Source: Lingula anatina (Eukaryota; Animalia; Brachiopoda). Taken from it: 64,000 nucleotides of DNA. A program made the position numbers and the translations under genes. Positions within the stretch are counted from its first letter, which is position 1. Each line of letters starts with the position of its first letter. A model generated the notes under the pieces. That model was not told the DNA's origin and ran no database searches. It saw only the letters and a list, made by a program, of their open reading frames with translations. The stretch lies in NCBI GenBank assembly GCA_051362555.1, contig CM120641.1, forward strand, positions 22,010,001 through 22,074,000, given 5' to 3'. Shown here in pieces: positions 24,426 through 37,800 of the stretch.

Positions 24426-25388
24426 TTCTGCGCTGTTCGACTACCTGTTTATCTGTGAGGGGACGCAGGTGCATTGAAGAACGCAGCCACGCTACTATCA
24501 ATGTGAATGTGGCCTTTGAGCTTAGGACACGCCGATCTAGTCTGCAAGCTAACTCTCCATGTTATGATCATGTGACCTTATCGTCAACAGGTACGTGATG
24601 AAGGCGGCTCGTTTTCAGTGGATGTGGGTCGACCAAACTTAGGGCGTACCAACTTACAGGTGTGCAAACTTAAGACGAAACATTCCATGAGGCCGTCCAG
24701 TAACGGTCTCTATCCAAAATATGTCTTCATAGAGTCTAGAAGATTTACCGCAAGTAAAGCGTTGTGGCCTCCGGCGCAGCCAAGCAAATCCCTATGAATA
24801 AATTTCATTTGTGAAATTAAAGTCGATTTTTAAAATCATCTACTTATTCTTCGTGCAAATGATCAATTAAAATTTTTGGCGTGGGCTCATTCACGACATA
24901 CACAGATATGTACGCCTCTAACAGCATGCTGTGCTGGGCTCAGCTGCTCCTTGGACAAAACTACGAATATCGTTTTTGTGCACGCTCGGCTGTCACCTTG
25001 ATTGGATAGTAAACGATTGTCGTAATATCACTAAATGATTTTAAAAACGGGTACATAAACTTGAAAACCACCTAGAACAACTTTAGACTGACACATTTAT
25101 CCAAAACAATGCAAAAATAAACTATAACAAGTGGTTAAAGCCTTCAAGCTGAATGTCGTAAAGTCCCCATATACCTCCATAGAGACAATAAAATACTGTA
25201 AGCTTGTGAAACAAGATTCCACAAATTTAAACATAATAATCGAAATGAAATACTGCCGGGCATCGGAGCGGCCTAAAACTTGGCACGCTTACCGCAAATG
25301 CCGCAGGCTACATCATCCCGTCGCTCGTTTGTTAATTCCGTGCATGGCATACGCACAATCAAACCGTAAATCCAAATTCCCGCTTTGA

Positions 25389-25508
25389 CGCTTGAGTCGG
25401 TCCTCTCTAACCTCCCATTACACCGGGCTTACGAAAAAAGAAGCCATGCCATTGGACAGGTATTTGTAATACTACCTCTGCGGTTTGTGGAGAGGACCGA
25501 CTCAAGCG
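25389..25508. repeat. Perfect 19-bp inverted repeat with an 82-bp spacer (MITE-like or structured RNA)
   Basis: cgcttgagtcggtcctctc (25389-25407) and gagaggaccgactcaagcg (25490-25508) are exact reverse complements. Confidence 0.8.
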
Positions 25509-27139
25509 AATTACCACATTGGGCCAGACAAGTCCGAAGACTGCAGGGCGGGGAGGGGGGTTATATAAATAATTCTTTCTTTCTTCCAGTCCAGAAGTTT
25601 TACTTGCCACAATAATGTGTAAATACAAAGGTGTACATTTATTCGTATACACCGATATAATAATAGGCCTAATTTTAGTTCAGTTTGGAATGAGATATGC
25701 GTCTGCGTGTGTGTGTGTGTGTATATAGGCATATATATATATATATCATACACAAACATGTAGGCCTAAAACGGAAATTGTTTCAGGCTCTATAATCTTT
25801 CATTTATTTTATTTATTTTTTTATGAAATACATGTGGAATGAAATAACCATACACATACACAAGGCATCGTAGACATTCCTATTGCTTCGGAAAGCGAAT
25901 TAAAACGGATCTAGTGTTTTTGGTACGATGGTACTGATATATGCCAACAGCATAGGATCAGGACTCGTTGCCACCGCACAATGCAGTTTTCGATTTAGGT
26001 ACTGGTACAATAGTGGCAGTTTTCCATGCTCTTTGAACGAGTCGAGAGTGAAGGGACAAATTACATATTTCTGTTAATAACTGCGAAAATAAATGCTTTT
26101 CAATATTTACCTTTATTTTTGGACCTAAAACAAAACTATTGAAACGCTAGCAATGTGGTAGCACGAAAATTCATGCGTTAGCACTCCTATTGACAGTAGG
26201 CTCTAAATGTGTCAGGTGAAACCCCCTGCTTGATTGTCACACCCAGCGCACGTTTGACCTCACACGACCACACGTCCCGTGGCAACTGACGGCTTGGTCT
26301 CTGCTGCTAGAAAGCTATTTTTAAAACAAATTGTTGCTCTGATGTTATTTTGACAGTTCCAACTTATCAATATCATTGATGATGGTATTATTCTTTATTT
26401 TTTCCAGTGAGGATATGCCACATGAGTCAGGAGCGGGGACTTCCAATCTTTTCTGAAAACCAAAATTTGATAAACGTCCTTGTGTAAAAACAACTTTGGT
26501 GCCCAGTCTAAACGCGCGTGAGCCGCATCATCAGTACGCTTCAAGTTAACTGAAATATGAGGAAAAACATCTCTCTTTTATAGTAAACTTTTTAGCGACT
26601 TGAATTCCAATTGTTGAACTGGGGTTTCTTTTACCTGAAATCAGTTTATGGTAGCTAAATACCACCTATAAAGTTCAAAATATTTTGATTGTGCAAACTC
26701 GAAGTTAAGCGATGCTGAACTACAAACCCATTCTAAACATTGTTTAGTTTAGCACACAATCCGAATGTAAAAGGTGCCTATTTCATTTCAAAACATTTTA
26801 AAGAAGTGTTACAATTGAGAGAAAAATGTCATGCAAATCGACGTATTTATATATTAAACAGTCAATCTGACAAAGGATGTACATGGCACAAAAGTTTCGT
26901 TTTTACTATAATTTTCATCATTGTTAGCCTAACTGTAATATGCCTTGTCTAAAACATAACATAAATACAACATCCACCGCGAAGGAAATTACTGTCAAGG
27001 CTTTGTCCGTACTTTCTAGTAGTAGTAGTAGTAGTTTATTATCATCACTGTATGCGTATGATTACATAATAAATATCTAGCGAGCAGAACATTACATACA
27101 GGGATAAATGATCAATAAAGGCATTACAAGTGCCACTGG

Positions 27140-27278
27140 TCTACCAGGGCCACTGGTTGACTTTTTACGAGATATTCATACATGTTTCTGGCTGATTCTT
27201 GACACTGTACAGAAAAGTGTACACAATTAGCTGGAAACGTGAATATCTACCAAAAAATCAATCTGTGGCCCTGGTAGA
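27140..27278. mobile_element. Palindromic MITE-like element
   Basis: tctaccagggccac...gatattca...gtttctggctgatt pairs with aattagctggaaac.tgaatatc...gtggccctggtaga, giving about 55-bp imperfect arms. Confidence 0.7.
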
Positions 27279-28639
27279 GGGAATTTTGCCCGTGCTTAGA
27301 GCACACGGAGTAAGCCTCTAAGTACAAACTACAACCAATATGACGTTTTTTTTTTTCACCAAAATTACAAGGATTTTTTTACAGTGCCCCTGGTACAATG
27401 ACAGGCAAGCCATAATTCGAGGATTTCTAATATTATAATGAGTTAAGGGGGGAATGTACCAAAATTGGGCTAAAATCACGTTTTTATAGATAAAATCAAC
27501 AGTAAGTCTTTAAAGAAAAATGCCCGAACCCCTTTTGTAGAACTTTGTTCAAGTGTTTAAAGCTGTCCAGGTGTCTGAGAAAATCAGGAAATAGAAAATG
27601 ATGTTTCTGCCCCCAAAATCCCAATATTACGTATGCGTTATGCAATGAACTTGGAGCTGTGTTTTAAGCATAATTACGTTTTGAAGATACACGGAATGAA
27701 TGGAACAGGAATAAAAACGCTAAGACCTTTAATTTAAGAAAAAAACTAACCTACCTTAAAATCATTTTCAACGCAGCCATGATATCTCAAGAGCAAACCA
27801 TCCTCAATTAAATCAAGGAGTTACAATTCCTGCCAAATTTGTGAAAAAGTCTAATAACTGTTATACAGAAAAGAATTTTAGTTAAAATTTATTCACCATT
27901 TCAAAGTATGTACCGGTACAAGTTTAAATAAAACAACATTGATCAAAAATGTCATATTATCGGGGTTTTTTTCTTCTCTTTATTTATACAGGTGAAAGAT
28001 ATATTTAGCAACCATTATCTTTTTATACATATCTGTTGATAAATATATGTTCCCTAGTTTTTCTTCTCTACTAAGTTTTTCACAATTTATTAATTTCCAT
28101 ATTTTTGAAAATTTTTAACACTTTACAAAGAAGTGAAAAATATAATCTTGTACAGAAAAGAACAATTTCTTTTCAGAACAATTTCATACAGAAAAGAAAT
28201 TGTTCTTTTAGCCACTAGGGGGTCACTAAAAAGGTCAATTAAAAGCTGGTCAATGGAATGTCACCACTGGGGCAGGTCCAGCGATTAACGATTATGGTGT
28301 TCATCTAAAGAAGCAGCAGTCAATCCTTTTAATGTTAATTTGTAATATTTAACTCACCAACGAAAATTTAAGTTATGCAAAAGTCAACTAAGAAGTCATA
28401 TGCAGAGATTTAAAATTAGACTTGGTTTTGATAACTGGACTAATTTGCAAGCTTTTATCATACAGTTTACCCTTACAGGCCTATATTTACATTTGGTTTC
28501 CCCAGACTTTTTCATCCAGCAAATATCCAACTTGCTTGCTTGCTTCAATGTGGCATTTTCCTACTGATAAGATGTACTCAGTCGGTGACATATACTCGGG
28601 AGGGGGTCACGCCTCACTGATCCTCTTCTATTAGCTTTT

Positions 28640-28910
28640 ATATATAGGTACTTAAACCACGGCTAGCACGTAGAACAAAAGACTCTGCCGTGCTGTATTT
28701 GACATACAAGCACGTCATGTACGAGTGCGTTCCACGGTCTGTTGCACTTCTAGTGTAGTAGCCAATCAGAGGCCGTGGTTTAAGCCAGATACAACACTCG
28801 TCGCCGAGCTGTACGTGAAAATTACTCGTGTATTGTCTCGCCTGCGGCTCGCCAATACACTCGTAATATTTCACGTACAGCTCGGCGACTCGTATTGTAT
28901 CTATCACATA
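28640..28910. mobile_element. Non-autonomous DNA element with two adjacent inverted-repeat systems (Crypton-like architecture)
   Basis: One IR is cttaaaccacggc (28651) / gccgtggtttaag (28772-28784). A long hairpin at 28788-28901 reads gatacaa..gtcgccgagctgtacgtgaaa..gtgtattg / caatacac..tttcacgtacagctcggcgac..ttgtatc. The superfamily is inferred. Confidence 0.6.
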
Positions 28911-30962
28911 TTGTGTGTGTATCTCTAGGAGTCAGAAAAGCCAATATAGCTCGTAGGACACACCCCCTACTCTCTGACCACAGGGTGCGCTAGTTGTCTG
29001 TTACAAACTAAATTATTGTATCGCTGATACTTAGATTTTTAATGTTTTTTTAATGAGTCCCTGATATCAGTGGGTAGCTCATTACAGGTACGAAGGATAG
29101 GGCGAGGCGTGATCTTTCACTGGTTGCCGTCCCACAGTTGTACGAGCCGCTATAGACCTCCTACAGGTACGCTGCAACGACTTCACGTGACTGGATTCAA
29201 ACGGCAATTCAGTAATTCAAGAGTCCACTTTACTTATCATTGTCGAAGCGTATAATATTACTCAATTTGAAGTTCGGCTTATAGACAAGTGGACTATGAA
29301 ATTGACATAAGCCTGATTAATACGTAACCAGATTATGATTCATGAATGAATGTAAATCAGACGTATATGACCTCGAGGGCACCACCCTTGAAACCTAAAG
29401 TATAAACAAATATTTGTATTGTAAACACGTGGGTTTTGTTTAAATATACTTTTACTACCGTCTGTATCATTCTAAAACAAAAGTTTGAAATTAACAACGA
29501 TTATTACCTCCCTAATTTTCCATACCAACGCGCTTTCAAAGTAGGCCCTATAAGTCCAATCTATTTTTGACAGCTACGTGTAGGGCCTACAAGAATTTAA
29601 AATGCGAAAGTGCCATTAAGCGTGAACTGTAAACTAACCTTCAGTGTGCAAGTGTATTTCTTACTACCTGTAGTACATTTTTCCAATCATATGATCAGTT
29701 TTGATACTGGCTATTTGTCTTACACATGTCTTACACATGTACAGTACTTCTCAGTAATGTAACTTAGCTAGTGTCCTTACACTGAAGCCTGCGCGTCAAA
29801 TCTTGGTTTGCAAGTTCAAATGATATGGAACATTATCTTTATTTGCATTCTAGCGAATATTGATATATATGCATAAAAGGTGGTGAGTTTTATATCAAAA
29901 TAAAACGAAATTCGATAAGATTTCTGTCATATTGAACGGACATTAGTTTTGTGGAAAAACAGCAAAATATAAAATCATGCACGGAAGAACAAAATAGTTG
30001 GGTACGAGGCTTCGTAATGAATTTATCAATTATTCTTCAAAAACCGCATTACCTCGTGTCATAAAGTTCAAGCCATCGTGACAGTAATACATACATGATG
30101 TTTCTGCTACCTGCTGAAACATGTAAAATTACACAATTATTCCCTGCAACGACCCTCTGCACTGACTTTTGTGTGGGTTTGCTTTCCAGTGCATACAAGT
30201 GGAAAAAACAGGCGGAACCCATCGTAGTTGTCCTGAATTCCCCCTCCCCATTACTTTTCAGGTGACAACTTAAAAAAAAACTTTTGTCGTTTTGTTTAAC
30301 TTCTCACTTAACGTACTTCAGCACAATATGTTTATTCCAAACACTTTTACCCCCTTTCACACATCGCATTCGTTCTCTTCTCGTACCTATTGATCTAAAT
30401 AAACTCGCCCGAGCCAGGTAGTTTGTAGTCCTTTCTTTTCTGTTTGTTCGCGGCTTATTGTTGAATGGAAGGTAAAACGGACGCCCGTACAATGCATGAC
30501 ACATACTGAGGCAACGGCTAAACCAAAAGTTACACAGGCTGCTTCATTGAAGGACGCTGCCGGTGAGTAACTCGAGGTCTACAGCCAAAGGGAGCTGCCC
30601 ATCCCACGCGCTCATGAGCAACTGTGCCAGCGTTCCGAAACTAACGGGGCGTGGCCGACATATAGTTAGCTAAGAAGAAAACATTATCAGGGAGATATCG
30701 GACCAGTTCGGTGTAATTGGTTGTCCCGCCATTTCCCAGTAGAAGGAGGGGTTAGTGCCCGTTCACCCATGAGCCATTAGATAACAAGATACAGTGACAG
30801 CACGAGGTGATCTAACGCTTGGACCTCTTTATCAGCTGTCAATGAATTGGACGCATTGAACATTACACAGTGTGGATTGTCGCATTTCCTACTGATCTTT
30901 CATGATCCTCATTCATTTGTTCACATTGGATATATCGAGTACTCCAATATATAAACTTCAAG

Positions 30963-33900
30963 ATGTATGCCATCCACGTGCAGTGTCTGATCTCCGTCAT
31001 CCTATTCTTTGGATTTAACACGTGCATGGCGCAAGGTGAGTCTACGTTCACTATTTTAATTGAATTTGGCGAAAATCATTAAAACATCTTGAACTTTTTT
31101 TACTTAACCTAGGGACATTTGGAGCTCCTTGTGATTGAATGACTTGCAAGTGATTTTTTTACGTTGAAAAGTGTTCATTCATTGGAATGATTGGATAAGT
31201 TGTCATACATAGGGTGTTCCTTGCTAAAACATTATCCCACAAGCAATTAAATTATTTATAACTCGAAAATGTTAGTGGTTTTAGTATCTTTGTTTGGTGG
31301 AAAGAAGCACCATTTTCATCCGATATCGAAGTTTTAACATCCTTATTTTCTAAGCAATGAGCCGTAGCCGTAAAAGATTATCATTTGTGGATAACGCCTG
31401 TATATACTTAGATATATGCCAAACACCTCATCCACTCAGCGTTCCTACGACCTGGCAATGACATTCTCTCTTTAGAGATATTGACTATGCGAACACCCCT
31501 TAACATATTGATAAGTCCTACTAGTACCTGCTGATCAATGGAAGGCATAGAATATTGGGCTGACTCCATTCTAGCGGCCTCGTATGCCTGGGATGTGGAG
31601 AACAAAGGGGGTCATGGGTGGGGCCATTTCATAATTACATGTCTCACTGCGTCCGAGTCACGTACACGTTAGGCCCTAATGTAAACCTAATGTAAACCAG
31701 TAGCAATAACGGGGTTGGAAATTCACACATTTGTCAATGTTTTTATGATTCTATCAGTTGAAATAATTTAGCTTTTTATCACCCGTTTAACAGCTACCTG
31801 ATTATCATGGCATGTCGTCAAAGGAATTTTACTCTAAAAAGATATGAATACACTGTGGCAGCCAATGACTGGCCTACATGTGATGCGAATGCGTAATATC
31901 TTTTGTAAAAGGCAATGGCGGCTACAGCATTGTATTTCCTTGACCTCTTCTTGTCATGAACTTTTTAGCTATTGTACTGTAAAAAAAAAACACGCCAAAA
32001 CGGTTGGAGGCTGCATCAGGTAACAGGGCCATCTCAGGTGACCAAAATGTTCCACTGCGAGCGTCCTATTCTAAGAAGTGCTCTCGTACCTTGCTAAAGA
32101 CCATTAATAATGAACCAGTTTTCTTTCCTTTTTTTGTCAATTTGCACCACACCAAAATGTAGACACTGCTAGAAATATCACGTACACGGTTGCACCGACG
32201 ATAATGTATTTGCCCTATAAGTTATAAACTGAAATATTCTTTATTCATTTTTTTATTTGTTGACATTACATGTAACCGTGACATAAATTGGTGCTTTTCT
32301 TTTCGAGGGAGCTGTGACCTAATTTCCTTACAAAAATCAATCATTTGTAGTTATATAAAACGTAGAAGATATTTTATTTTCCACTATTGGGTGACACATA
32401 CAAACACAGTTCTTTTGCACCATTGTAAGTATATGTAAGTTAGGGAAATTTAGCCGATCTGTTTTTGAAGTGACAAAATTGATTTTCAAGTTATTTCTGC
32501 TCAAACTGAAAGTGAAAAATCACTTACAAGGAAGTCTCAGTTCTGTAAGACGTCTTCCTCATTTAATCTGAATTAATCGCGCTATTATCAATAAGCTTAA
32601 ACACCAAAGACGAACCTGATTGCTTTCAGTGCTGTAGAATGTCTAAATTTGAATAATCGTACAAATGTTACGATATATTTAGTCCTGATACACAGAAGTA
32701 TTGAGTCTATATCAAATATGTGTGCTGTATTTATTCAGAGTGTAATCTGTGTATATGTTGATAGTGAGGAATTTGACTATCAGAGTCACGAGAATATTGT
32801 CACAAGACTTGTGGAAGGACCGGCCCCAGTAACTTCAAAGTCTGCATAACATGTAGAAGCTAATGTCAATATACACATCTCATACATATTGTGACAGAAT
32901 CGATGGGTAAAGCATTGAGTAAATCAACATACGGACCTATTGCGATAACGGGTATGATAGGAGGAAAAGGATTGTCGCATGTATATTTGACAAGGATGAA
33001 TATTTGTTTTAAGACATATATACTTCTAGTGTTCAATGGGCATACTATTGTAGTCCCCCTCCCCCTATCCACATGTACACGCTTGTAAAAGTAAAAATAT
33101 GAAAAAGGGAGTGTCTTTCAGCTTAAAAGAATCAAGTGAATCACAAGGTATAAATTTTTACGGCACTTGAAGGTATGTCCATTCGGTCGATATCTTTTAT
33201 CTAAACATTCTTGGATTAGACAAAACGTGCTTGTGGACCAGCAATACCTTTGGAGTTCAAGAAATTTATATCAAAAATGTATTAATAGTAAATTGGTGGA
33301 CCTTACTGAAAATCGGTGTCAACCGTTATCTCCCAAAAGGTTCATTAACTTAAGGTCCTATGGTGCTAAAGACGATTTATTTTTGTTGTAACTTTGATAT
33401 AAAAAGGTTTAAAAAATATGAAACAACAACGTGAAACGTGAAAGACTGCAGACTTTACTTTTTTCGGTTTAGCCGGTGTAGAAAAACTTCAGAAAACTTC
33501 GATACCGAACAAAGGAAATAAAGTAAATAACTATAGCTGAGACAGCGTCTCGGCTACTTGATAGTACGTGTAACTGGTTCTCAGTATTGGTTCAGTGGTC
33601 ATAGTAATCCCCTCGGCTTATACCTGCTACCAAAACCCCTCGCCACTCTCAGGTACAGCGAGTTCATTGAGATGCGCGCGTTTGCTGAATGGTTTGGAGA
33701 AATAGTGCATTAAATAACATAATCAACAAGGAATTCATAAATTGTCATCCAAGCGACTGCAGTGGAGACGATACACAAAAGCCCGCGGCGGGATGTTGGG
33801 TGAAAGCATGTTAAGATTGGGCTGTGGTCGGCTGCTTCTCAGACGTCCTGATGACTCACGGTTTACAAACTTTGTGAATTATTAAATGTCTTCTTACTTT

Positions 33901-34798
33901 TACTTGGCTGTTGGTGTTGCTGACGTTGGTACTACAGTATGTGTGTGCGTGTTTTAAAGATGTATCGTTAAATTATATGATTATGCATTTATTGGAGGTA
34001 TGTTAGGCCTCATCGTAATAAAGGTCATTGAATGATTAAGGAAATAATCATATTCAACCTTACTTAACGGGTGAACTATTGGTCAAGGTTAAGCTATTAG
34101 AACCAAATATCTATTATTTTCTTTTGAAAGAAGATAATTTTGCAGTGTGCCATGTCTCGTTACTCTTCAGTAAACCACAATACACTCAACTTTTTATCAT
34201 TCCTGTACATGTGTCGTGTTTGTTCCTCGCACTTCTCTTACTATTTTATTACTTTTCATTCATGCACCACTATGAACCCCATTATTACATCTTTTCTAGT
34301 CAGTGACCGGATCATGCAAAAATATATTATTTTATTTCATTAAGTATTTTGTGCAATTTTAATTACTTATTTTCTTCTGTTCTTTTTTCTTCTATTTTTT
34401 TAAATTAAAATTATTTGTTTGTTTTATAATTTTGTTATTCTAATTTAGTTTATTATTATTATTATTATTATTATTTTTACTTTATCTATTCATATATTTA
34501 CTTATTTATTTGCAATGACATCACAAGTATACATGTACCCCAAGCAACTACATCGATCAGTTTAGTATATAGATACATTTATTTATTGCACTAATAACCA
34601 AAAGTTCACAAACTTTGAAAAAAATATGGGGAAATTGGACAAATATGTTTGAGACGAACTAGTCACTCAATATTCATTAATTTTGATACCGCAAAAAAAG
34701 TAGTCGTTTCTCCGTTGTATCAGTGTTCACGATGCACTTTGTTAGGTTCTGTACATTGTAGATTTGTTTCATTCATTTCAATGTTTATTATAAATGTC

Positions 34799-34842
<44 letters not shown>

Positions 34843-37800
34843 TTAAATCCTTTTCAACATGTACCTTATTTGAAGTTTGGCAATAAAAAAATATTCATCG
34901 ATCCTTGTTTAAACCCTTCGGAGAGCATATCGTTAGTTGATAACATTGTTTGATAGAAGATAAAACTCAGGATAAACAAAATATTCATACCGGTATTTTA
35001 AAGTTTGTACCCAGTCGAGGGTGGGGGCTCCAGCTTTGTCTGTCTTTGGCGAAATTGGTAAGGCCTCCCGTGTAAAATTGATAAAAAAAAAAGAACTGAA
35101 GGAGAGCTTGGATCTTAACTTCTACACCAAAATCTTTAATTTTGTTTGACGAATGATAGATATGTAGTAGTCCACTAAATAAGGATATTAGGCTTATTCA
35201 AAAAATAAAAAAAATTAAAAAAAATAATAATAAAACTAAGGAATAATAACGTGTTAGAAAATAAGTTGCTTTATTTAAGTTACGTCTGAATCTATATATC
35301 CATGGTCAACATAGAGTACAATTTTCAATTTAAAAGGAAATGCAATCTTTTGATTTACGCCCCTTTGTGGAACAGGGTTTAGGTATAAATAAAAGGTCTC
35401 ATATAATTAGTATCAATATTTTATCAAGACTAGTATATCTTACAGGTGTAGAAGGCGACATGATTAGGCTGTACGGCGATTTCCTTGTACCGAATCTTGG
35501 GCACCGTTTCATATATTAAAGAAATGGAGGAGTGGACTTCACATTGGCACGGCATGAGGGGATACCTCGGACACAAAGCCAAGTTCATAATGCACTTTCG
35601 CCAATAATTACAGTTGAGTTCCATTTTTTAAAGGTGGCCAATTAATCGGATCAGTGCTGATCAATGTACGCCAACCGTGCATAAGTACGCCGGGGCTTGC
35701 ATTCATAAATCGTTGAATAAACATGAAAGGCAGAACTAACACCTAGATCAAATAAAAACATCGTACTTTTTGTGAAAAATGCTCGAAGGTCAAAGTTGAA
35801 GGGAAGAATGCTACATTGCACGGTTAAGGAAATATGGGCGGGCCGATTAAGGGTAATAAGAATTTGTAAGTGAATTTAAGATATGCTTTTATTGATTTTT
35901 TATTGTTAGATCAAAGTTTATGGGAATGATTATAAATCAAGTGGTGCTCGTCTTCAACAGTTCTCAATTTCTATCCTGAAATCTCTGGAATTCTTGCAAA
36001 CCCAGACGAACCCATGGTTAAGGTTTTAATGTCAATTCAACTAGGCGCAGATCAAGGCCACTTAAATAGTCGCGTCGAAGCTTAGTGAATTTAGTCAGTC
36101 TGGTTCAAAACCCCATGCAAACCATATCCATATTAATGTATGTTTCTTGAGACATTTGGTATCACCTCGGTCTTCAGATCCACCTCTTACAGCTTATCGC
36201 CGATTTCCGTCAAGCGTAATCCATATCAGAAAGATACAAATGAAGAAGTGTTGAACAATTTTGCAATATGGGTTCACGCAGGTATATAGTGTAAGGGAGA
36301 TTTCAGCAAACCGTTTACATCAAGTAACGAACATCTCAGAGAGAGGGTGAGTTTCCTGTTCACGACTGTGAAGGTCATGTTACAAAATCCAGACTATATA
36401 AGGAGAAGAAGCTACTCATTCGTTATAATGATAAGATTTAGCGTTGTCCGATAACTGAGGTTTTGTGCATTAGATAGGACATAAATTTTACCTACACTAA
36501 ACATTATTGACATTATTGACGAGAAGGAGAAAGATGTTAATTAGTAGAAATGAGAGAGAGGAATTCATGCAAGTTGTAAATATTGGCTGCTTGATAGTTT
36601 AAATACACAATAACACTGTCATTAATCTGTGGATTGTGAAAGGGACATCGCCATGTTTGTCATAATAAAGACTTAATTGGTAGAATCATAGGAATTCGCC
36701 TACCTACTCGCTGTTCCTAGGTCTCCATCCCCGACACTGTCTTGAAAATGAAACTTAAAAGATTTAACATCGACCAGTTTCCCGTGCTTTGTCACTGATA
36801 TGTCTGCATGCAACAAAAACAGACTCGCACGCGCTCAAACTTATAACTGTAGAAAATCCTAATTATCTAACAAGTACTAATACATATCAATAATACATAT
36901 TTTTGTGCCTCAATGCTGCAAACGCAACAGTTAAATACATGCTTGCGTTGGAAAAACATTTTTCTTGAAAAAAATCTTTTCCTACGCATGAATCGTCAGG
37001 GCCGTAGCCTGAGCAAAATGCCAGGGGGGGCAGTAAGCGGAAACAAGGGGGCAAAGCCCCCGAGGGGGGAGGGTGTGGGAGGGGGTGTCCCCCTCCCATG
37101 GTGTGGAAAAATTTTTAAAACTGTATGTATAATACTGCATTCTGGTGCATTTTAACTGTTATTTATTGCTCAATCAGAAGTCAGAAATTGTGGGTTCATT
37201 TTGCCATAAGTACAGTCATTATTTCAACACAACATGCCAACTGGACTTTTCGGCATGAACTGAGTTGGCTAAAACAGTACACCTTTGTAAACAGATTGTT
37301 GAATGATTGTCTAGTGGCCATGACTGTATTTTCTCACAGAATTGATACCAACTTTGCAATTATTTTTTTTTACCTTTGCGATTATTTATTATTATTATTA
37401 TTTTTTTTTTTTTTTTGCACCTCAAATCGGAGGCTACGGCCCTGATCGTTGCTCGCCCTATCCCTGAACTTAAATTCGCTGTTTTATACTACTTTTAATA
37501 ACATAATGTCTCCCGCAACGTTTATACCGCCATGTCTTCTTGCACAGTTCGGAGGGAAATATCAGGTACTTTTACTTGGGGATGGCGGGAGGGAGTATCG
37601 ACTTGTATCTCTTATGCAACAAACAGGGTGATGCAGCCTGATTTACAGAATGGTTGAGTTTTCATTATACATGAATAGAAAATTCGGTCACCCTGTCCAC
37701 CCTGCATCGTTCCTGCTATACCAAACCATTGATTGTGATTCAACCATAGTGAGACACACCCTTTTCTACAAAGGTAATGAGGTCGGGGCGCAATATTGTT

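Noticed and set aside
33800-33960. Hydrophobic stretch that could be the mucin signal-peptide exon
   Set aside because: The most hydrophobic frame has an upstream stop and no ATG, and the ATG frame ends in phase 0. The 30963-31035 exon fits phase 1 with a consensus donor.
36070-36120. ggttcaaaaccc B-box-like motif (tRNA or SINE)
   Set aside because: No cloverleaf or properly spaced A-box.
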